From the IMG/VR virus record IMGVR_UViG_3300044630_004720: DNA of 64,000 bases; one strand, written 5' to 3'. The stretch is from a virus. Taxonomy: Duplodnaviria > Caudoviricetes. How positions within the stretch are numbered: the stretch's first letter is position 1; each line of letters begins with the position of its first letter. Below, in pieces: positions 9,006 through 18,243 of this stretch. A model generated the notes under the pieces. It searched no databases and had not been told where the DNA came from. It worked only from the letters and a program-made list of their open reading frames with translations. Position numbers and translations under genes: made by a program.

Positions 9006-9932
9006 ATGAAAAGAAGAGTAATTCAACTAAAAGAATCTGAACTCAAACAATTGATTTCAAGAATTATAGAAGAACAAACAGCGGCTTCGGCATTTACACA
9101 AGGTCAACAAGCTGGTCAGGTGGCGGGACAACAAGCTCGTCAGGTAGTTAATAAAGCAGCAAATCAAGCAGTGACTGCGGTTAAACAAGGCGCAAACACC
9201 GTAATTAAAGGGGTTACTGAGACAATAGTTACTTTCGCTAAAGTAACATTTAAAATTGTTGTTTATGGTGCTGCAGTTGTATTCGTAATTGGTCAATCAA
9301 TTTTTAAAGTTGGTGCGGCTATTGGAAATGCAATTATAAAATTTATAGCGTCGACAGGTCAGGCAGTTATTAAAAGTGGCCAAGCGATAGCACAAGACAC
9401 TGCGGCGGCATTTAGAAAAGCAGGTATTGCACTTGAAAAAGGAGCTCAATGGGTTGGTCAACAACTATCGGCATTAAAAGACTCAACACTTGCAGTTGGT
9501 AAATATCTCATCGACCACGCAAGGTCATTGGGAACAGCAGCATACGCTAAATTCTTAGTGGCGATGGCAGGAATAAAAGAACTTGGGACTACTTTTGGTA
9601 ACTACTTGAAAAATGGTTGGGCTAGTATCCAAAATAGTATAGGTGTGGCTTGGGAAAATGCATCTAGTTGGGCTTCAGGAATGTACAATAAAGCTAAACA
9701 AGGTCTTTCAGATGTGGGTACTGCAATAGGTAATAAAGCAAGGCAAGTGGGTACTGCAATAGGTGATAAAGCAAACCAAATAGCTCAAGGAGTGTCAAAT
9801 TTAGCCGGTAAAGCCTGGGGTGGTATTCAAGGTTTCTTACAAGAAATGTATGAAAGATATCTTTCTTTTTCTGACAATAGCAAATCAATACTTAATGAGG
9901 CCGTACACTATAACGGTAAAGTTATTTTATAA
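9006..9932 (+). CDS. Hypothetical Ala/Gly/Gln-rich amphipathic helical protein with 11-aa periodicity
   Basis: Leader MKRRVIQLKESELKQLISRIIEEQ. VGTAIGNKARQ/VGTAIGDKANQ repeat. Confidence 0.85.
   Translation: MKRRVIQLKESELKQLISRIIEEQTAASAFTQGQQAGQVAGQQARQVVNKAANQAVTAVKQGANTVIKGVTETIVTFAKVTFKIVVYGAAVVFVIGQSIFKVGAAIGNAIIKFIASTGQAVIKSGQAIAQDTAAAFRKAGIALEKGAQWVGQQLSALKDSTLAVGKYLIDHARSLGTAAYAKFLVAMAGIKELGTTFGNYLKNGWASIQNSIGVAWENASSWASGMYNKAKQGLSDVGTAIGNKARQVGTAIGDKANQIAQGVSNLAGKAWGGIQGFLQEMYERYLSFSDNSKSILNEAVHYNGKVIL
9714..9779 (+). repeat. Two tandem 33-bp copies (11-aa repeat)
   Basis: gtgggtactgcaataggtaataaagcaaggcaa / gtgggtactgcaataggtgataaagcaaaccaa. Confidence 0.9.
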
Positions 9933-9951
9933 TTTTTTCATAATACTTTTT

Positions 9952-9979
9952 AAAACCCTCGAGAAATCGGGGGTTTTTT
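9952..9979 (+). terminator. Intrinsic terminator
   Basis: AAAACCCTCGA-GAAA-TCGGGGGTTTTTT. GNRA loop and U tail. Confidence 0.9.
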
Positions 9980-9983
9980 GTTT

Positions 9984-10014
9984 TTTGTATATTCTGAAAA
10001 ATACACTATATTTG
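9984..10014 (+). promoter_or_regulatory. Bacteroidota consensus promoter
   Basis: TTTG-N19-TATATTTG is an exact match to TTTG/TAnnTTTG. ATG follows 4 nt later. Confidence 0.7.
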
Positions 10015-10018
10015 TGCT

Positions 10019-10333
10019 ATGGGTGAAACAGATTATAGTAAATTAAGAACTGATGTCCTTGAAAAACTCATTTACGAGAGAAGTATTGAGTGCAAAATGA
10101 AAAAGGACGAAATGGTAAAAATGTTGAGGTTGTACGATGAGGGGAAGTATGTAGAACCAATGAAAGAAACTTCATACGTAAAAGACGGAGATGGTTTTAT
10201 GGTGGGTGTTGATATGAAGAATAAGGAACACTTACAACAAATAAGTAAATTAATAGAAAAAAAAGAGGGTAAATCCTTAAACAGATATTCGGACGATAGA
10301 GTATGGTATTGGATTCCTAACAAATTAATATGA
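10019..10333 (+). CDS. Hypothetical protein, 104 aa
   Basis: Intact ORF after promoter. N-terminus resembles a small helix-extended-helix nucleic-acid-binding motif (weak). Confidence 0.75.
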   Translation: MGETDYSKLRTDVLEKLIYERSIECKMKKDEMVKMLRLYDEGKYVEPMKETSYVKDGDGFMVGVDMKNKEHLQQISKLIEKKEGKSLNRYSDDRVWYWIPNKLI

Positions 10334-10770
10334 ATTGGATAGAATATTTTTTGGGTTTAGCTGAACAGGTTAAGTTAAAATCTAAAGACCAATCCACACA
10401 GATTGGTGCAGTTATCGTTGGTGAGGACAATGAGGTCCTTTCTACGGGTTATAATTCATTTCCGAGAGGAATGGATGATTCGAAAGAAGAACGTCAGGAA
10501 AGACCTGAAAAGTACTTCTGGTTCGAACACGCAGAACGTAATGCAATATACAACGCTGCTCGGGTTGGGACTCCATTAAAAGGTTCTACCATATATCTGA
10601 CATCAGGATTACCGTGTATGGACTGTGCCAGAGGTATAGTAAATAGCGGTATAAAAACTGTTTACTGTAAAGAGGTGTGTACTACAAAAAATAAGGAGAA
10701 GTGGGATGAATCTCAAAAGAAATCACTCCAACTCCTCCTTGAATGTGGGATTGTTGTAAACTATTATTAA
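10330..10770 (+). CDS. dCMP deaminase
   Basis: KSKD..TQIGAVIV, TGYNSFPRG, HAERNAI and PCMDC zinc motifs. Confidence 0.95.
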   Translation: MNWIEYFLGLAEQVKLKSKDQSTQIGAVIVGEDNEVLSTGYNSFPRGMDDSKEERQERPEKYFWFEHAERNAIYNAARVGTPLKGSTIYLTSGLPCMDCARGIVNSGIKTVYCKEVCTTKNKEKWDESQKKSLQLLLECGIVVNYY

Positions 10771-11676
10771 TTACCAAGTTCTACAAGCCCAATATCTCGC
10801 TTTCCATCTTGGTCCTGGGTTGTCACAATTGTGTCTAGCTCTAAATGATTTTCTTCTTTCGGGGTTATTTTTCTTAATCTTCATAACCTTACCTTTTGCT
10901 GATTTACCACCAAAACCAAAGTTTACTTTTACAACCTTTCCACTTGCATTTTTAACATAAACTTTGAATTTCTTTACGTCTCCTTGCATAATTTTTCCTA
11001 ATTGTACTTTACGTCCTTGGTATTCAGCCTCATTTAATAAATCGGTTACTTCATAATCAGTTTGTTCGATTGGTCCGTATTCATTTTCATATATGAATGT
11101 TAAATCGTCGTCAGATAAATCTAATTCACCACTTAAATATAGTTCTTTAGATTCTTCTAATAACTCATAGAAACCATCAGTACCTAACTTATAAACACTT
11201 TCTATTAGTGGTTTTTTTGCTAATACGTGGTATGTTAATGCTGCGGATGTTTCTATATTTTCATTAACCAATGTTGGGTATAGTGTAACATTGTTTGGTA
11301 TTGAAAAATCAACCTTTATTTTGTTTTCCATTCCTTCATCAAATTTTGTCATTGTTGGTTTATTACCCTTACCAATTTTAGGGTCTTTCTTTTCAGCTCT
11401 TCTCTTTTGAGAAGTCATTGCTTTCTTTTCTTTCTTACTATAAGAACCTGCAGTTTTAGGGGTTTCTTTTGATACTTTTTTCGATGGTCTACATTTTGGA
11501 TATGATTTACCATCTGCGTCTTTTCTACCGCAAGGTGGGTGTTTACCATCTACCTTACGACTGACATCTACCCACTTTTCTTTAAACCAACGTCTAAGGT
11601 CTTCCACCAAAACATCACCATTTTCGATTGATTCTTGAATGTATTTAAAATCTTCTTTACTTACAAGTACCTTCAT
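10771..11676 (-). CDS. Hypothetical protein with two basic mini-domains (C-terminal one DUF6321-like)
   Basis: DLRRWFKEKWVD...CGR...PKCRP domain, acidic spacer, then AEYQGRKV...KVVKVNFG...RKSFRARHNC...RYWACRTW. Confidence 0.85.
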   Translation of the reverse strand: MKVLVSKEDFKYIQESIENGDVLVEDLRRWFKEKWVDVSRKVDGKHPPCGRKDADGKSYPKCRPSKKVSKETPKTAGSYSKKEKKAMTSQKRRAEKKDPKIGKGNKPTMTKFDEGMENKIKVDFSIPNNVTLYPTLVNENIETSAALTYHVLAKKPLIESVYKLGTDGFYELLEESKELYLSGELDLSDDDLTFIYENEYGPIEQTDYEVTDLLNEAEYQGRKVQLGKIMQGDVKKFKVYVKNASGKVVKVNFGFGGKSAKGKVMKIKKNNPERRKSFRARHNCDNPGPRWKARYWACRTW

Positions 11677-11681
11677 ATCAA

Positions 11682-12134
11682 TTATTTTTTACATTTTTTC
11701 CAACCACCACCTTTTTTCTTATAGTTTTTCGCCGCCCAACCATTTGCATATGCACTTGGGTAAACATCGAATTTTGATTTAGCAGCCGCTTTAGATGCTG
11801 CCCATTTACCTGGGTCGGTAGGACAATTTCTACTCTCGTCTATTTGGTATTCTTCACTTAATAAACTCTCATCCATTTCAGTATCTTGACCCTTTGTTTG
11901 ATTCATCATAAAATCAAAAACTTGGTCCAAATTTTCTTTGGCTACCGTTATGTGGTCATCAGCCCAATCGTGTCCGTTATCGAGTATTTCGTTAACCTTA
12001 TTTTCGTCTATTTCTAATAACAATTCACATTGTCTTTTGATTTGTTCTAAATTACTAAAAAACATATAGTTACCCGTTTTTTGTTCTACGAGTTTTGATA
12101 TGTGTTTTTTAATAACATTTTCTAAATTTTTCAT
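11682..12134 (-). CDS. Hypothetical protein with basic C-terminal domain (DUF5872-like)
   Basis: KFDVYPSAYANGWAAKNYKKKGGGW. N-terminal YMFFSNLEQIKRQ...HDWA.DHI domain. Confidence 0.8.
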   Translation of the reverse strand: MKNLENVIKKHISKLVEQKTGNYMFFSNLEQIKRQCELLLEIDENKVNEILDNGHDWADDHITVAKENLDQVFDFMMNQTKGQDTEMDESLLSEEYQIDESRNCPTDPGKWAASKAAAKSKFDVYPSAYANGWAAKNYKKKGGGWKKCKK

Positions 12135-12148
12135 ATTATTAAATAGTT

Positions 12149-13528
12149 TTATTTTTCTGATATAATTTCAAATTTCAATTCTTCTCTATAGAATATCTCT
12201 TCGGTATGTGTTTTAGCTTTTATTTCAACCCAATACTCTCTTGGTATCATATAACTTGTATCTAAAATAAACGAATTTTCATTTGTTCTGTCTAATTTAG
12301 TCCAATCAAACACATTTACTTGGGTAAGTCCTTCTTTCACATATACCCTATAATAAACCTCGTCAAATAAAACCGATTTAGGTTGATTAATTGACCTTAG
12401 AGTGACAACTACTTTTCTAAACTCTCCACGTTTAATTTTTTCGTTTAATTTAATACCAAAAAATTGAATAACGTATCTTTCTAATTCTGTTTGATTCTCA
12501 CCAATAGTGAATAGACTTGTATGTGGTTTAGGGATAAATTTTTGTTTAACGTCACTAAATGAAATACCACCTATTTCAATACCTTTCCATTTATCATAAA
12601 AGAATCTTTTACCGTCACAAAGAACACCACTAATACCAAATGTAACCTTATAAACTCCTTTACGAACTTTAGTAGTGGTGAGGTTAGATAATCCCGCAAT
12701 TGGGTTGTTTGTACTGTCTAATATATCAACTGTTGGTAAAACGTCTAAGTCGTAGAAATTAGTACCTTTTGTGACATATAAATATAGATTTCTATTGATG
12801 TCGGCAATAAAGTTTTCCCTATTGTCATCTATTTGGTCATCGAATACCGTTTCAACAAATGGTTCAAAAAATGTTTGGGTATACATTGTAAAAAATGATA
12901 CCGATTGGTCAACCTCGTTTGTAATATTTTGATATTCGGGGGCAAATGCGATACCTAATCCATAGTTAATACTTGTACCTGTTAATATGCTATTTACGTA
13001 ACTTGTAATATCTGCTTTAAAGTTTTCATTTCCATTATCAAAATGAACTTCAGCAATTGTGGTACCTGTCGGTGGGGCCGTAGAATAAACTCCCTCTTCT
13101 GTCCACTGGTCTAATGTAGTTCTATTAAACCAGTTCGACGGTCTTTGGTCAAAGGTTTCATTACCTGAAGTATAATCATAGGCTTGTTCATAATCAAACC
13201 CAACTCCCTCATCCCAAAATTCAGATACTTTGAATACGATAAGGTCAAAAGAGGTTGTTCTTTCTCTACCTGTGCCTCTTTTTACTCCTTTAAGTGACTC
13301 ATCACCAAATATGGTATTAGTTAGATTTAGGTAATGTCTTGTGTTTGAATTTAAAACAAATTCACCACTATCAACTTTCGATTTTAAATCATCTAAATTG
13401 ATTCTGAAGATATACTTAGAGAATCCCGAACCATAAAAAATCTCAGTATTTGGATTTTTTGCGGTGTTAACCTGTGAATCCTTAATTAAGGTGTTGTTTT
13501 TATTGAAATATGAACGGAAATATGACAT
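12149..13528 (-). CDS. Putative virion structural protein, 459 aa
   Basis: Beta-rich composition, late-type motif upstream, adjacent to the gp5-like gene. Confidence 0.7.
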   Translation of the reverse strand: MSYFRSYFNKNNTLIKDSQVNTAKNPNTEIFYGSGFSKYIFRINLDDLKSKVDSGEFVLNSNTRHYLNLTNTIFGDESLKGVKRGTGRERTTSFDLIVFKVSEFWDEGVGFDYEQAYDYTSGNETFDQRPSNWFNRTTLDQWTEEGVYSTAPPTGTTIAEVHFDNGNENFKADITSYVNSILTGTSINYGLGIAFAPEYQNITNEVDQSVSFFTMYTQTFFEPFVETVFDDQIDDNRENFIADINRNLYLYVTKGTNFYDLDVLPTVDILDSTNNPIAGLSNLTTTKVRKGVYKVTFGISGVLCDGKRFFYDKWKGIEIGGISFSDVKQKFIPKPHTSLFTIGENQTELERYVIQFFGIKLNEKIKRGEFRKVVVTLRSINQPKSVLFDEVYYRVYVKEGLTQVNVFDWTKLDRTNENSFILDTSYMIPREYWVEIKAKTHTEEIFYREELKFEIISEK

Positions 13529-13538
13529 CTTTTTATTT

Positions 13539-13546
13539 AATAAATA
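13539..13546 (-). promoter_or_regulatory. Putative late promoter variant TATTTATT
   Basis: 10 nt before ATG 13528. Confidence 0.55.
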
Positions 13547-13550
13547 TCAA

Positions 13551-15062
13551 TTAGTTAATTCTAATTGAGTGGTTTATTAAATCATTCTCCATAGAATCAA
13601 TAAGATTTTCTAAAACATACATATCTTCGGTTGTCATATGTCCTGGTTCGGCCCAGTTATGTACGTGACCAACCAAAAATTTATACATCTTTTTTATTAT
13701 TTGAATTAAAACTTCCCCCCTAACAGTTGCGTAGGTTGAGGGTTCAATTTCCATAAGATAGTCTTCCTGAGTGAATTCGTAATTGTCTATTTTTGTGAAA
13801 TCTACACTTTTTTTAGGTCCTTTGTTTGTACTTGTAGATACAAAATACATTTTATCGGATATTAAATTTGAAAATGTTTGCTCACCTTTATTGTCCTCAG
13901 GTCTAAGAACTTTTATCGTTTTTGTTTTAATTGAAGGGAGTGGATTTGCAAATTCTTTCGAGAAAATCAATCCGTGACCTCTACCAACTCCTCTGACCTG
14001 AATATTATCTATGAACGATTTACGATTCGATTTTTGTGAATCTGATATTGTTGTTCTTGTTAATAGTTCGTTTGTTGGTCTGAAATAGAATGGGTGTACA
14101 TCATCTTTACTATAAAGAGTACTAATTTTTTGTAAACTATCTGTGTGAATTATATGTAAGATTTCTCGTAATTCTATATAACCAGTTTTAAACGTGTCAA
14201 TTGATATTGTTGCAGTTGCTCCTGTTAGTGAATTATCTGAATTAATTAGTTTTACCTTTTTTGTATCATTTAAATCTATTTGAGTTCCACTACTAAAATA
14301 GTTTGTGTCGAAAATGGGTCCATATGTGTCCAATATTTTATAAACAAATACATCAACCTTTGTTGGGGTTGTTAAATCATCAATGGTATATTCAACAAGG
14401 TGTTTTATTTTATTTACTGCGATTTTGGAGATGGTAATTTTTTCGTCTTTAATCGACATAGTTCTTGGAAACTTTTTAAGATTAAGTTTTGACATCTTTT
14501 CCGACATCAAAGGAACCTCACTTAACCTTTTTCTAAATTTAGGATTTGGGATTTCTTTGTTTATGAGTTTACCACCTCTTAACATCATACCATTCTTTGT
14601 AAAAACTATATCAGAACCATAGTTTCCATTTAATGCGGTATCATCCAAAGTAGCCATTGTACCATATGATTTCCTATCAATATAGTTTCCTGCTTTATCT
14701 CTTAAATCGGGAAGTCTTTCTGCAATAACACCACCATATGTTGTATCTTGGTGTTGTGGGGTAAATGTTTGAGATTCAAAGTCGTGTGGAGATGTATATG
14801 GTCCCGGTACATATTCCACGTTTTGATTATCTTTATCAGTATCGTATTTAATTAACTTTACTGACTGACCATCTTTGGGTATAATATTGATGTGTCCCGG
14901 TAGAAACGGAATTGCTATTAATGGGTCCTTTTCGTCCCATTCATCATAATTTTGTCCTGCGGCAATTTCACTTAGAAATTGACCATACGGTCGATATCTA
15001 ATTCTACCAATTCCTTTTGGGTCTCTATTGTTAGTACAGACGGCGACATCAATTATTTTCAT
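13551..15062 (-). CDS. Baseplate central spike/hub (gp5-like OB-fold N-terminus)
   Basis: VAVCTNNRDPKGIGRIRYRP resembles the gp5/VgrG OB-fold start. C-terminal RGEVL...GHVH resembles a spike-tip HxH. Confidence 0.65.
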   Translation of the reverse strand: MKIIDVAVCTNNRDPKGIGRIRYRPYGQFLSEIAAGQNYDEWDEKDPLIAIPFLPGHINIIPKDGQSVKLIKYDTDKDNQNVEYVPGPYTSPHDFESQTFTPQHQDTTYGGVIAERLPDLRDKAGNYIDRKSYGTMATLDDTALNGNYGSDIVFTKNGMMLRGGKLINKEIPNPKFRKRLSEVPLMSEKMSKLNLKKFPRTMSIKDEKITISKIAVNKIKHLVEYTIDDLTTPTKVDVFVYKILDTYGPIFDTNYFSSGTQIDLNDTKKVKLINSDNSLTGATATISIDTFKTGYIELREILHIIHTDSLQKISTLYSKDDVHPFYFRPTNELLTRTTISDSQKSNRKSFIDNIQVRGVGRGHGLIFSKEFANPLPSIKTKTIKVLRPEDNKGEQTFSNLISDKMYFVSTSTNKGPKKSVDFTKIDNYEFTQEDYLMEIEPSTYATVRGEVLIQIIKKMYKFLVGHVHNWAEPGHMTTEDMYVLENLIDSMENDLINHSIRIN

Positions 15063-15259
15063 AAAGCGGTTCTATTTCCTATTTCTTTGTTTATCTCTTC
15101 GTAATATTCTTGTACGGTATCTAAATGCCTTGTTAAATCAATAATAAGCTGTTTTGTTTTTTCGTGTTCCTCAATTAAAAAATCTCTAGCCTCAAATAAT
15201 GTTTTATTTGATTTATCTTTTGCGTTTGAATAGATTTCAGTTAATGTTTTATTATCCAT
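15059..15259 (-). CDS. Small coiled-coil hypothetical protein, 66 aa (start revised to MDNK)
   Basis: ATG at 15259 sits 1 nt after the upstream stop codon. Confidence 0.7.
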   Translation of the reverse strand: MDNKTLTEIYSNAKDKSNKTLFEARDFLIEEHEKTKQLIIDLTRHLDTVQEYYEEINKEIGNRTAL

Positions 15260-15260
15260 T

Positions 15261-17147
15261 TTAGAATATTTTACCTGCACCAACAATCATTGGTGAAATA
15301 ATTGCACCACCCGGACCAGAAGGTATTACTGCTGGTTTTAAACCAATTTTTACAAATGATTTTTCATCCATTGTTTGGCTATAAGCCTCCATCGTTGATT
15401 TAATTGCGGTGTTCCATTTATTTTCTCTATCAAAAAGTGGTCCTGTTTGAAGTCCACTTCTCGTCATCTTTTCAATTGCTAACATATAAGCTTCATCCAC
15501 ACTAAAACCCGGTAATTTATCTGCTAACATTAAGAGAATACCCGGTATTGGTATTTTTATTGATTGGCTTAAAGCACCATTTATTGTTGATAGTATGGTG
15601 CTGAATATAGCCTCACAACTATCTAATTTAGTTGTTAAGATTTTCATTAATAATGTAATCAAAGCCAAAAGAATACCTTTCCATCTTTTGAACTTTCTTA
15701 ATATAATTTTTGCAGCTATTCTTTTTATAAAATTTAATAAATCTCTTTTAATAAATCTCCAAAAAGTTTCAATAAATCTCCAAAATAACTTTTTTACAAT
15801 ATCGAAAAATAACTTAGCTAATCTTTTTAGTATTTCGGCAGCACTGAATACCGCTCCTTTGATTAATTTGTAAACTACAACAATCGGTAAAAATAACTTA
15901 GGAGATAAAATAGATTGTATTAATGCTTTTGGTAAATTAAGAATAAACAAACCAGTGATATTTGCTTGTAAATTTCCTAAATCAACTGAGAGTCCTGATT
16001 TTTCGTGACTCTCTGATGCAACTTTACTCAATGTATTATCCACAACTGAATCAATATCAGGACCATTTTTATCTGAAAAATGTAAGAAATCTTCTAAATG
16101 GTTTTTATTTACCGGAACCTCAAAATTATTACAATCTGTAAATCTTAATACTCTTCTTAATCTTGCATTCTCATCATCTAAATCAATACCTTCAACATCA
16201 TCAAAATCAAAATAATTTTCCTCATCATCTTCATTGTCTAATTGGTCGATGGGATTTTGATTTAGTGGTTTAGTTTTTTGTTTTTTATTACAAATGGCAA
16301 ATAGTTTTTGTAATATTCTATTCAAATTATTTGTTGATGCGGTGAATGATTGTGGAGCGTCATCGGCCCCCTGTATTGTCATCATCATTGCTTGCTTCAC
16401 AATATTCGAAATGTCGGGATATTCGATATTAGAATAGTAGTCGGTTAGAAAGTTTTCAACTGTTGTAGTTCCTGATACGCCTTGTAAACCACCGAGGTTA
16501 TATGCTTGTGCACCGTTATTCCAATCCATAGTAAAGATTGTCTTATAATCCTTATTATTAAAGAAATATGAAGAACCGGCATCAAATTGGTCATAGAGTT
16601 GTTTATTCATTTTTACAAATCCTGTAGTTGTTGAGGATTCATACATAATGTTACCCGTGCTACTATCAGGAGTAACTTTAAGCATATTTAAAAAATCAAT
16701 TTCCTTTGGGGAAATGTCTACACTATTTGCCGGCATTAGTGTATTTGCACCACAAACACCACCACTAAAGAACGCAGTTTTAACAGAATCCATAACAATG
16801 TTTTTGGATTCTCTACCTGTAATACGTGCAGATTCCTTTGCGTATTTTTTTAATTTGTTTTTAATTACTGGTTTACTTGTTGATGCATTTGGATTTGTTG
16901 ATTGTTCTGAACCTAAAAACCCTTCGAATGTTTTTATAAGTTCACCAAAAATATCTTTCTTTTGAGTTTGTTTTGCTTTCCTACTATTCTTAAAATCGTC
17001 TATTTTCCTTTTGACAAGACCATCAATATCAGGTAATTCATCTTTAACCCTATCAAATAGGTCGTCTACTACCTTGTCATTTTCGTCTGCCAATTTTTTA
17101 ATAGCATCAAGTTTGGCTCTTATTAATGCTCTTTGTGTATTAGCCAT
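15261..17147 (-). CDS. Hypothetical protein, 628 aa, with hydrophobic/basic helical C-terminal third
   Basis: Long ORF in operon. No recognised family. Confidence 0.8.
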   Translation of the reverse strand: MANTQRALIRAKLDAIKKLADENDKVVDDLFDRVKDELPDIDGLVKRKIDDFKNSRKAKQTQKKDIFGELIKTFEGFLGSEQSTNPNASTSKPVIKNKLKKYAKESARITGRESKNIVMDSVKTAFFSGGVCGANTLMPANSVDISPKEIDFLNMLKVTPDSSTGNIMYESSTTTGFVKMNKQLYDQFDAGSSYFFNNKDYKTIFTMDWNNGAQAYNLGGLQGVSGTTTVENFLTDYYSNIEYPDISNIVKQAMMMTIQGADDAPQSFTASTNNLNRILQKLFAICNKKQKTKPLNQNPIDQLDNEDDEENYFDFDDVEGIDLDDENARLRRVLRFTDCNNFEVPVNKNHLEDFLHFSDKNGPDIDSVVDNTLSKVASESHEKSGLSVDLGNLQANITGLFILNLPKALIQSILSPKLFLPIVVVYKLIKGAVFSAAEILKRLAKLFFDIVKKLFWRFIETFWRFIKRDLLNFIKRIAAKIILRKFKRWKGILLALITLLMKILTTKLDSCEAIFSTILSTINGALSQSIKIPIPGILLMLADKLPGFSVDEAYMLAIEKMTRSGLQTGPLFDRENKWNTAIKSTMEAYSQTMDEKSFVKIGLKPAVIPSGPGGAIISPMIVGAGKIF

Positions 17148-17524
17148 TAACTATCGTAATTTGCGGTTTTAACGTTATTATCGTCACCTTCATTGACTAA
17201 TTTTTCCAATAATTCCCTATCTTCTTCAGAAAGAGTCATTTTTGAAAATCCTTCTTTTCCACCACCTGAAGATTGTTTTAACAATGCTCCTTGAAGTTTA
17301 ACTAAAGATATTTTCTTTTCGGTACAGTCATTTAGGATTTTTTGCTGTTCTTTGATGACAGGACCAATAGTACTCATATCTTCAGCATCTTTCATAAATG
17401 ACAACATTTTTTTCATTATGAGAGATGCTGTATTTCTATTTTCTACGATATCATTGTAAATCTCCTGCATTAATGCTAATGCGGATTCCGTATCCAACGA
17501 TATGTTTCTTTTTCTGTCTTTCAT
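17147..17524 (-). CDS. Hypothetical helical protein, 125 aa (start revised to MKDRK)
   Basis: TATTTATG motif at 17528-17535 overlaps the first Met, favouring the second ATG 3 nt downstream. Confidence 0.75.
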   Translation of the reverse strand: MKDRKRNISLDTESALALMQEIYNDIVENRNTASLIMKKMLSFMKDAEDMSTIGPVIKEQQKILNDCTEKKISLVKLQGALLKQSSGGGKEGFSKMTLSEEDRELLEKLVNEGDDNNVKTANYDS

Positions 17525-17541
17525 ATACATAAATAGATATT

Positions 17542-18243
17542 TTATGAATTTAGAAAACCAAAAATAACACCATCGTACATTTTTCGATATTTTTTAAGAG
17601 CAACCCTTATTTCTTTAGTGTTCAGGGAGGTCATTTCTCTTAACGATAGTAATATTAAGTTTTTATTGAATTTATTACCATCACCAACTTGGAATATTCT
17701 ATCGAAGTTGCTAAAAATTTCAAGTAGGGCAAACCCTAATTTTTGTTCGTTTTCACTGAGTTCTTCAGTGTTTATAAAATCCTCTAATTGAACTGTCATC
17801 TTTATGATAACATCTTTGTAGTCTAATACCGATTCATCTATTGTATATGAATACTCGGGATTATCCTCCATATCACTAGATATGTCATCATAAGACACTG
17901 TTCTATTGTTGTCTTTGGTATCTTTCTGTATTGCGCCCATAAGGTAATTCTTACAGATGGTACCAAAATAAGAATACGCCTTATGATTCTTGGTGTGGTC
18001 GAACTTACTAATCTTAGTCATTAAAAATGACATAGTATCTGTATGTAAGTCTTCGAATTCGTAATCTTTTCTATATAATTTATAACGTCGAATAATTGAT
18101 TCGACCATTATAATCAGGGGTTCTCGTAAATATTCGTTGAATATCTTGTTTCTTTCTGCCTCATCAACACTTTCAAGGTATTTGACTACTGCCTTCTCTT
18201 GGTCCTCCCCAAAATAAATTTTTTGGGTCCTTTTTCTTGGCAT
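17542..18243 (-). CDS. Late-transcription sigma factor (T4 gp55-like)
   Basis: Sigma region-2-like MVESIIRRYKLY...KFD..KNHKAYSYFGTICKNYL, comparable to the gp55 NPFAYFT-type motif. Confidence 0.75.
   Translation of the reverse strand: MPRKRTQKIYFGEDQEKAVVKYLESVDEAERNKIFNEYLREPLIIMVESIIRRYKLYRKDYEFEDLHTDTMSFLMTKISKFDHTKNHKAYSYFGTICKNYLMGAIQKDTKDNNRTVSYDDISSDMEDNPEYSYTIDESVLDYKDVIIKMTVQLEDFINTEELSENEQKLGFALLEIFSNFDRIFQVGDGNKFNKNLILLSLREMTSLNTKEIRVALKKYRKMYDGVIFGFLNS

Noticed and set aside
16036-16044. Perfect DnaA box TTATCCACA
   Set aside because: Single copy inside a coding region with no cluster or unwinding element. Plausible by chance.
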